A stretch of 59,274 nucleotides of DNA from an uncultured Desulfobacterales bacterium (GTDB lineage Bacteria > Desulfobacterota > Desulfobacteria > Desulfobacterales > C00003060): NCBI GenBank assembly GCA_964502365.1, contig CAZCWQ010000004.1:1-59274 (forward strand), in the 5' to 3' direction. Under the pieces are notes generated by a model. It was given only the letters and a program-made list of their open reading frames with translations. It was not told the DNA's origin and made no database searches. The position numbers and the translations under genes are program-made. Below, piece after piece: positions 42,083 to 49,694 of this stretch (its first letter is position 1; each line of letters begins with the position of its first letter).

Positions 42083-44056
42083 CTAAGAAAAGTGTGGAGC
42101 AGGAGTGGGATTCGAGCTGTGTCCTCGGAGTATCCGACTATCTCCCACAGGTACTGTATACTGAATACTATCCAAGTAGTCCAGCAGGGTAGCCGCACGA
42201 CTACAGTTAATTCCGGCCAACTCCTTCAAGTCGACAATAGAAATCTGGCCATGTTTTGCTACATAGCCTCCAACTATGTTCTTGATTCCTTCCAGATTCT
42301 TCCTATGCATATAAGCTCCTTTTTGTAATGGATGCCTTTTCGACAAACGAGGGTTTCTTACGAATATCAGATCCTCAACTTTTGTTAGGAACGAAACGAC
42401 ATTATGTACCTCTCTGGGGTCAGCGTGATTCATGGCTATCAGCAAGGCGTTCATGGTGAAAACTGCATTTTGCTTCTGGGTGGCAAACTCTTCTATGGCA
42501 GAACGAACAATCTCTTGCGTAGGGCTTAAATGTGCTTGAAAGTCAGCCAGCCGAACGATTCCTTTGTTTGTGAAGATAACGTCTTCTTTCAATAGTTCCT
42601 CGATAAGATGCTCAAACACACCAATATCTATGTGCCTGAAATAAGACGACCTCATGTCCTCCTTGGGGATACCCCTTTCAAGAGGATTCGTCTCGTGAAA
42701 TTGTTTGATAACATTTACCATCTGGATCTTCATTGCATCGTATTTTTCTCTATGAAAGAATTGATCATTTCCCAGTGAAACGATTCTGCATTTTTCTTCA
42801 AGACTCGTCAGGATTTTTTCTATTCTCTTCCGACTAACCCCGGTCTTGCTGCTCAAAGTCTTTATGCAGATTGGGCAGCATGTCTCCTCCTTAATTACAT
42901 TTTCTATGACCTCGTCATCTGCGCCATCCATGATAAGTCTCAAATACTGAACATTAGCTCCGCCCCCTCTTCTAAACTTCCTTCTTGCGATCTCGAGAAC
43001 AGTTCCGCCTCCAATAGTGGTCACCGGACTCAAGGTCCTAACAATATATCTATCGAAAGGAAGCGGGGTGAGTCTGTCAAGAAGGCGAAACTGCACAAAG
43101 GCACTTTCTCCCGGACGGACCACATCTTTATCCATAAAAACCATAAGCGCATTCGTTTCACTTGCACCTGTATGAAATCTGATTCTTGTCCGGTTTTGCA
43201 AGGGCTTTGTTTGAGAAGCTAAATAGTAGAATCGAGCATTTAGGAAATGAGAGGACATCAAACTTCCCGGTTCACCGACAACCATTCCCCTACAAATGTC
43301 GCTCAGTCCAACCTGAGGCAGGTTCAGTGCCACCCGCTCGCCAGCATATGCTTCATTAACCTTTTTCCGATAAACCTGGATGGAACGAACTCTGTCCCGT
43401 ATGCTTGAAGGATATATCTCTATCTCATCTTCCTTTCCAATCTTACCTGAAGCCATAGTTCCAGTCACAACAGTTCCAAATCCCCGCATATGAAACACTC
43501 TATCAATGGGAAGACAAAAAACCCCTTCAGGATCCTTTGTCAGACTAGTTTCGCCAAGTGTCTCCAAGGCAGTCTCGATCTCCGCTTTGCCTTCAAGGGT
43601 GCGTACAGAAAAAGGTACGCACGGGGCACCTTCCAAAAAGGAGCCCCTGGTTAAGTCATTGATTTCATCCATGGCCATTGCTATGAGTTCTTGATCTACC
43701 AAATCCACCTTTGAAAGCACTACTAAACCCTGCCTAATACCCAGTAGCTTGAGGATATCAAGATGTTCTCTGGTTTGGGGCATCACACCATCATCAGCAG
43801 CCACCACCAACATTGCCACATCAATCCCGCATATACCGCGAAGCATATTTTTTATGAAACGCTCATGACCCGGCACATCTATAAAGGCCATATTTTGACC
43901 AGAGGGAAGGCTATAAGGAGCAAAGCCCGGCTGTATAGTCAACCCTCTTTGTTTTTCTTCCTGCAAAGAATCTGTGTCTATCCCGGTCAGGGCCTTAACC
44001 AAGGCTGTTTTTCCATGATCAACGTGTCCAGCCGTTCCCACAACCACATGCTTCAA
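42083..44056 (-). CDS. selB: Selenocysteine-specific elongation factor SelB (start placed at TTG 44056)
   Basis: It has GTPase motifs AGHVDHGKT, DVPGHERF and SKVD, EF-Tu-like domains II/III and about 250 aa of C-terminal winged-helix repeats ending in LDYLDSIQYTVPVGDSRILRG. GGAGG (44068-44064) lies 7 nt upstream of the TTG. The 40 codons further upstream in the track ORF are the tRNA gene read as protein. Confidence 0.9.
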   Translation of the reverse strand: MKHVVVGTAGHVDHGKTALVKALTGIDTDSLQEEKQRGLTIQPGFAPYSLPSGQNMAFIDVPGHERFIKNMLRGICGIDVAMLVVAADDGVMPQTREHLDILKLLGIRQGLVVLSKVDLVDQELIAMAMDEINDLTRGSFLEGAPCVPFSVRTLEGKAEIETALETLGETSLTKDPEGVFCLPIDRVFHMRGFGTVVTGTMASGKIGKEDEIEIYPSSIRDRVRSIQVYRKKVNEAYAGERVALNLPQVGLSDICRGMVVGEPGSLMSSHFLNARFYYLASQTKPLQNRTRIRFHTGASETNALMVFMDKDVVRPGESAFVQFRLLDRLTPLPFDRYIVRTLSPVTTIGGGTVLEIARRKFRRGGGANVQYLRLIMDGADDEVIENVIKEETCCPICIKTLSSKTGVSRKRIEKILTSLEEKCRIVSLGNDQFFHREKYDAMKIQMVNVIKQFHETNPLERGIPKEDMRSSYFRHIDIGVFEHLIEELLKEDVIFTNKGIVRLADFQAHLSPTQEIVRSAIEEFATQKQNAVFTMNALLIAMNHADPREVHNVVSFLTKVEDLIFVRNPRLSKRHPLQKGAYMHRKNLEGIKNIVGGYVAKHGQISIVDLKELAGINCSRAATLLDYLDSIQYTVPVGDSRILRGHSSNPTPAPHFS

Positions 44057-44079
44057 AATGCAACCTCCATTGCAGAAGT

Positions 44080-44171
44080 TGGAAGGGGCAAGGGGAATCG
44101 AACCTCCTCCTCGTTTCTTAGACGAGGCCAACGGGTTTGCAGCCCGCGGGGCGCCCAGCACCTTTGCCCCT
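44080..44171 (-). tRNA. tRNASec-like tRNA with Cys anticodon GCA and U73 (selC*/tRNAReC-like)
   Basis: Hand fold of 92 nt. The acceptor stem is 8 bp (AGGGGCAA/TTGCCCCT) and the D arm is GGTG/CGCC. The anticodon stem GCGGG/CCCGT carries the loop CTGCAAA. The variable arm is CCTCGT/ACGAGG (6 bp). The T stem GG(A)GG/CCCC carries the loop TTCGATT. The discriminator is T and CCA is encoded. Confidence 0.85.
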
Positions 44172-44374
44172 AACAAACCATAGATACGAAAATGGATTTT
44201 GTCTCTACACTCTTTTCTCGATTGGTCGATTCGTACAGATTACGCTGCCGGAATACTGTTTGCTAATGAAAGAATCTTATGCGGCAGGTCTTCTTCTCGC
44301 CTCCGGTCTCCCCTTTTCTCGTGTTCGGGATCAGTTGAGCCTATTTTACAGACATTCTATCTGGAGAATATCAA

Positions 44375-44437
44375 TATGTCAAATAGATAATGTCAATCCT
44401 ATTGTCAGGGAAATATAGTGATAGTCTATGTCAAATA
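44375..44437. promoter_or_regulatory. Cluster of TGTCA-containing repeats upstream of the tRNA-selB unit
   Basis: TATGTCAAATA occurs twice (44375-44385 and 44427-44437). AATGTCAAT and ATTGTCAGG lie between them. AATAGATAAT is at 44382-44391. Confidence 0.4.
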
Positions 44438-44536
44438 CGATCCTGGAAGGCCTTTCGACTATCCATCTCTGAGATAGGTGCTTCATTTTGAGGCAAGAAC
44501 ATCTTTGGAGTAACCCGATTCAAGGCCGCTCCTCGA

Positions 44537-46000
44537 CTACCTGAGTTCGGCCAAGTCCCTGGATATGACAAGCAAAAACCCCAAGGGGAAGACCATCAGG
44601 AAGGGTATAGCTATCCACGTCCCTCTTTCCCAGGCAAAAAACAAGGGCAGGAGGGTGTATAAGAACAGGGCTGCATTCATGATGATGTACGACCAAGCCC
44701 GCTGACGGTAGAGATAAGCCAACTTAGGCAAAGGAGCGCCGCCGTGAACACCAAATTTCGCAGTGCGCCTAAAAATACCACCTTTACATATCATTCCTTG
44801 AACAACCGCCAGTCCCAGGCTGGGTGCCAGACCTATGGTCAACATTGGAAGGAGAAGTAGTGGAAGAAAAGGATTTCCATCCTTTTGCTTAGCAGCGTAA
44901 AGACAAAAGTAAAGCATTACAGCCCCGCTTCCAAAAAGAAGAAGGGGAAAATCAGACCGAAACAGTTGATATGGCCCTATTCCAATTCTAACATGAATCG
45001 CAGGATAAAGGGTAAGGGTCACGATGGCACCCAGCAGCCAGCCAAAGTTAGCCAATAGATGTACAGAGGCCTCAACTTTCAGCCGAAGTGGCACAGAACG
45101 GGACAGCAGGAGAGAAGGAAGGATTTTTTTTGCTGTTTGGATCGACCCTTTTGCCCAGCGCTGTTGTTGGCTTCGAAATGCGCTTAGTGTTACGGGAAGC
45201 TCGGAAGGAACGACCAGGTCGTCAACATATACGAACCGCCAACCTGCAAGTTGAGCCCGGTAGCTCAAATCCAGATCTTCCGTTACGGTGTCGGGTTTCC
45301 AGCCTCCAGCTGACAGGATGGCTTCCCGTCGCCAAATACCCGCGGTACCATTGAAGTTAAAGAAGAGTCCTCGCGTGAATCGGACCTGATGTTCGATCCT
45401 GAAATGCTGACCTAGAAGCAAGGATTGAACACCTGTAAGCCAAGAACGTTCCTTATTCAAGAAACCCCAACGGGCTTGGACCATACCAACTCTTGAATCT
45501 GAAAAGTAGGGTACGGTCCGAACCAAAAAGTCACGAGGAGGAACAAAATCAGCATCAAAAATAGCTATGAATTGCCCAGTTGCGTCGGCAAGGCCTTGGT
45601 CCAAAGCTCCAGCCTTGAAACCGTCACGGCTCTCACGACGAAATACCTTGATGTCAATCCCGTTCCCTGACCAATGTGCAACTCGCTCATCCACAATCGT
45701 CCTCGTATCGTCTGTAGAGTCATCTAATACTTGTATTTCTAACCTCCTGCGGGGCCAATCTAGTCTTGCCGCAGCGTCAATGAGACGTCCTGCCACAAAG
45801 CGTTCATTGAAAAGCGGCAACTGGACAGTTACACTACATGGCCTTGAGGCGGAAGGGCCAGCTTTTTCTGCTACGCTAGGATCGAGACGTTGTGAGCACC
45901 AACACGCAAAAAACCACAGTCTGTGCAAACCGTATAGAGCAAGACCTCCCAAGGCAAAAAGATAAACAGTTATCCAAAATTGTTCAATGCAAGAACTCAT
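44537..46000 (-). CDS. Membrane-embedded processive family 2 glycosyltransferase (cellulose-synthase-like superfamily)
   Basis: 487-aa ORF with N-terminal TM helices, DDSTDDT, DADF, a QQQRWAKG (QxxRW) motif and a multi-TM C-terminus. Confidence 0.85.
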   Translation of the reverse strand: MSSCIEQFWITVYLFALGGLALYGLHRLWFFACWCSQRLDPSVAEKAGPSASRPCSVTVQLPLFNERFVAGRLIDAAARLDWPRRRLEIQVLDDSTDDTRTIVDERVAHWSGNGIDIKVFRRESRDGFKAGALDQGLADATGQFIAIFDADFVPPRDFLVRTVPYFSDSRVGMVQARWGFLNKERSWLTGVQSLLLGQHFRIEHQVRFTRGLFFNFNGTAGIWRREAILSAGGWKPDTVTEDLDLSYRAQLAGWRFVYVDDLVVPSELPVTLSAFRSQQQRWAKGSIQTAKKILPSLLLSRSVPLRLKVEASVHLLANFGWLLGAIVTLTLYPAIHVRIGIGPYQLFRSDFPLLLFGSGAVMLYFCLYAAKQKDGNPFLPLLLLPMLTIGLAPSLGLAVVQGMICKGGIFRRTAKFGVHGGAPLPKLAYLYRQRAWSYIIMNAALFLYTLLPLFFAWERGTWIAIPFLMVFPLGFLLVISRDLAELR

Positions 46001-46191
46001 GGATACGCCACTTCGTTGGAACTGGTATCGTCCCCGCTCAAACTGTTTCTTATTTCAATTACGCTTCACAAGGAAAACCACTGCAGCCCACCGCTAGAAG
46101 CGCCTATTTCTCATTTTGTATGACATTTTATAGAAGCACTCTTTCAGAAGCAAATTGATTTTTTGAATAGAGCAGTTCAAAATGTATTGAG

Positions 46192-46216
46192 ATTATCTAT
46201 TTGCGTAATAGATAAT
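46192..46216. promoter_or_regulatory. Perfect 10-bp-arm palindrome ATTATCTATT-n5-AATAGATAAT (candidate operator)
   Basis: Read directly from the sequence. It lies in the divergent intergenic region between the GT2 gene (-) and the barrel-rhodanese genes (+). Confidence 0.5.
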
Positions 46217-46231
46217 ATTAGTGTAAAAAGG

Positions 46232-46251
46232 TATGTAATGTTAATTACATA
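46232..46251. promoter_or_regulatory. Second palindrome TATGTAAT-n4-ATTACATA
   Basis: Perfect 8-bp arms, about 45 nt upstream of the ATG at 46296. Confidence 0.4.
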
Positions 46252-46295
46252 ACAGAAGCATTAGGTGCAAAGAAGCTAAGGGGAAAGGAGTTTCT

Positions 46296-47135
46296 ATGAA
46301 AAGGAGTGTTATCATTACTGTGTTTACATCTTTAATTGTGTTGGCCTTGACAAATCAAAGTTTTGCTGGCGCTTGGACGCGAGAAAAGGGCAGTTCTTAT
46401 AACCGGCTTGCTTTCAACTATTATTACTCCAATAAGAATTACATCGAGAACAGTGACAGGGTAGCCTTCCCTAATGATGGCTGGTTTCAAGATGTGAATC
46501 TCAATTACTATGTGGAATATGGACTAGTCGACCGTACTACACTTATTGGATCCTTTTACTACAAGTGGATCAGAAAGCAAGACAGTACAATTAGAATGAA
46601 GACTTATGGAGTCGGGGATGTCGAACTGGCTGCCAAATACAGAATGCTTGATTCCTCTTTCGGTATTCTTTCAGCCCAAGGATTGATCAAGATTCCGGAA
46701 CTCTATGATGAGGACGACGCTCTTCCCCTTGGCAACGGGCAGTATGATTTCGAAGTGAAACTTCTATACGGACGTTCTCTGTGGCCCCACGTCCCTGGCT
46801 ACTGCAATTTCGAGGTCGGCTACCGCCTGAGAGCGGAAGAACCTGCCGATGAGTTCAGATTCGTTGCTGAATTGGGCCTCAACTTTGGACAGCATTTTTA
46901 CGGCCGCGTCAAGGCAGATGGCATTCTGGGCGCTGATAACGGCGAAACAATTGTTGATATTAGTGGCAATCCCTCAATTACCAATGACTTTGATCTGATA
47001 AAACTCGATATGGCGTTTGGATATAAGATCACGAAAAGTTGGGCAGTGGAAGCAGCATGTACCCCTTCGATCTATGGCGAGAACACAGCAGCCGGTACGA
47101 CTTACACGCTGGCTCTGGTGATGGAGACCTGGTAG
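46296..47135 (+). CDS. Putative outer-membrane beta-barrel protein
   Basis: 279-aa ORF with a signal peptide (…LALTNQSFA/GAW), an alternating amphipathic pattern rich in Tyr/Gly and a terminal aromatic residue (…METW). Confidence 0.65.
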   Translation: MKRSVIITVFTSLIVLALTNQSFAGAWTREKGSSYNRLAFNYYYSNKNYIENSDRVAFPNDGWFQDVNLNYYVEYGLVDRTTLIGSFYYKWIRKQDSTIRMKTYGVGDVELAAKYRMLDSSFGILSAQGLIKIPELYDEDDALPLGNGQYDFEVKLLYGRSLWPHVPGYCNFEVGYRLRAEEPADEFRFVAELGLNFGQHFYGRVKADGILGADNGETIVDISGNPSITNDFDLIKLDMAFGYKITKSWAVEAACTPSIYGENTAAGTTYTLALVMETW

Positions 47136-47292
47136 GCGCGTCCGTTCGCCTAGGGCTGATCGCCAAGATTGGGGTATTCGAAGGTCAATTCTGAAAGGGA
47201 AATCTTAACGAAAGGGGGTGTATCGATACCTTAGCACATGCTCTCATAGGCAAATGCCTTTGAGAATCTCTTCAATAATAGGAGGCGACAAA

Positions 47293-49389
47293 ATGAGGAG
47301 GAGAAACTATTACTTATTAACTTTCGTCGTGTTAATTGTTTTAGCTGGTCTCTGCCTAAACGGTTGCGGCGAGTCGGTGGACTTGGCGGAGCAAGGATCA
47401 ATATCAGGTTTGTCTGAAGAAACTCCGTCAGGTTCTGTCTTGGCTTTTGGGACAGGTGATTACCCAAACTCTGAACTTCTTGTGTCTGGAGAGGAGATTG
47501 AAGACAACCTGTCCAAGGTGCGGAAAGCGAGCCTTCAGGCCAGCCAGGCAGAGACTGCCGAATCTTATGACTTCGTCATCATTGACGCAAGAGGCGAACC
47601 ACTGCCCGACCCACAGGACCCCGATTATGACCAGCACCCGTACGTGCAAGGGCACATTCCGGGTGCTATTAGCCTAGCTTGGCAGCAGTTTGGCGCACCA
47701 AACTTGAACCCGGTGTCAGAACTTGAAGATGTCTTGACCAACACAGGTATCACCAGAGACATGACCATCGTCATTTATGATGATACGACAGCATCATGGG
47801 GTGCCGCCGGTCGCGTCTTTTGGACTCTGGAATACTTGGGGTGTGAAGATGTGCATCTTTTGCAAGGCGGCTGGGACAAATGGGTGGCCGACGGCCGGCT
47901 TACTGAAACCAGGGCCAACACTTTGCCGGATGCTCCAGCGTTTGTCGCCCAAGTCAACAATGACATCATGGCCACAAAAGAACACGTAAGTGACCGGCTA
48001 GAGGATGACGACTTCGTGATCATCGACTCCCGGACCGACGAGGAATACAACGGCTGGACGCTCTACGGTGAAGCCCGGGGCGGACACGTTTCGGGGGCCG
48101 TGCAAATCCCTTATGAGTGGTTTTTTTACGAAGACAAGACCATATTGAGCAGCGATGATCTGCAAGACCTGTTTGAGTCCAGGGGTATCACTCTGGACAA
48201 GGAGGTGAGTTCTTACTGCACGGCTGGTATCCGCAGCGGATTCGTGTACTTTGCACTCCGCCTAATGGGGTATCCGAACTGCTCGAACTACGATGGGTCC
48301 ATGTATGACTGGGCTGTTGCTTCCGTGGCTGATCCCGATGTCTACCCCATGGAACAAATGGCCAATTACCAGAAGCTTGTACATCCAGGATGGGTGAAAA
48401 ACCAGCTTATCGACGGGAACAACGCTGGCAAACCCTATGTCATCGTTGAAACGTCGTGGGGCCCTGCCGGCGACTATTATAATGACGGTCACATTCCAAA
48501 AGCAGTACACGTGAACACGGATGAAATCGAATATGACTGTTTCAACCCCCGCAATGACTGGCCTGTAGACCCCGGAGACCCTCCTTGCTGGGATCGCAGC
48601 ACCACTGAGGAGGAGGATGCCGCTAAAGGTCTAGGGCCAGATGACGCGCTCCCTAAAAACTGGTGGAATCTCTACCCAGACCAATATCTACTGCCTGCCA
48701 TCGCCTATATGGGGATTGATAAGGACACGACGGTCGTTGTGTACAGCAAAAGTTTCTCGGCCGCAGCACGGATCGTGTGGACGTTGATGTATGCGGGCGT
48801 TGAGGATGTGCGCCTGCTTAACGGCGGCAAGGACACCTGGGTAGCAGCCGGCTACACATTGGAAACCACAGCCAATGATCGCACCCCCGTGTCTGAGTTT
48901 GACCCCGAAGACCCTGGCGCAACATCAGCCCTTCACCCGGAGTACCTTGTGGATACGGCCTATGTCCTCCAGGCAACGGCCGATCCAAACAACGTCGATC
49001 CTCCTGCCGTGATTGCCGAGATTCGCAGGTGGGAGGAGTTCATCGGTGCCTCCCGTCCCTATTCCTATATCCCCGCTGATGGCCGTATTGCAGGTGCCGT
49101 ATGGGGCCACAATACAGATGCCTTTGTCGACGCTGACGGGACTCTTCGAACCTACACGGAGGTTGAGAAATTGTGGTCCGAAAATGGCATTACCTCCGAT
49201 ATGTCGGCGAGCTTTTACTGAGGGACAGGATGGAGGTCAAGTTTGGCCTGGTTTTTGGCCCACCTGATGGGCTGGGACAATATCACCAATTATGATGGTT
49301 CATGGTATCAATGGACTGAGGGGCTGGATCCGCTGGATCCCGGCTATCCCCCTAACCCCGTGGTGGATGAGGAGCCAGATCTGCCCTAG
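47293..49389 (+). CDS. Four-domain YnjE-like rhodanese lipoprotein with in-frame TGA (49219-49221) at the last catalytic Cys position; candidate selenoprotein
   Basis: The ATG at 47293 follows GGAGG, and a lipobox is present (LCLNGC). The domains run inactive/active/inactive/active, with active loops YCTAGIRS and FY-TGA-GTGWRSS. Reading through the TGA gives 55 further in-frame codons (GTGWRSSLAWFLAHLMGWDNITNYDGSWYQW...) that complete the rhodanese fold. Confidence 0.75.
49243..49272 (+). promoter_or_regulatory. Candidate SECIS-type hairpin(s) downstream of the TGA
   Basis: There are two mutually exclusive small hairpins 22-50 nt after the TGA. One is TTGGCC(tggttttt)GGCCCA and the other is GCCCA(cctga)TGGGC. 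Neither was evaluated with a model. Confidence 0.3.
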
Positions 49390-49694
49390 AAGTTAGGAGA
49401 GCGTGACTTGTTGTGCTATCAAGAAGCATCTTTGAACAATTAGTCAGAGAGGTATTGGGACCTAGGGCAAAACAACAGCAATACATGAGGCAAAAGACGG
49501 GAAGCCATGGGAGGCGTTTCAGGGTCCCCTCGCCTTCCTAGTGTATACATCCTATGGGATTCAGTTCGTTCAAGTTGGCGCACGAGTGGTCATTTTGTTT
49601 CGATTCGACGTGCCCAGCAGAGGGTTCATTATACTTCCGTAGGTTCGTGAACCCCACTGCCAGTTATGAAGCCTAGCTTCGAAGATGAGACACC

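Noticed and set aside
44057-44176. 40-codon N-terminal extension of the SelB ORF (MLGAKVLGAPRAANPLASSKKRGGGSIPLAPSNFCNGGCI)
   Set aside because: This stretch is the tRNA gene translated. The SelB homology starts after it, and a TTG with a well-spaced GGAGG is available at 44056.
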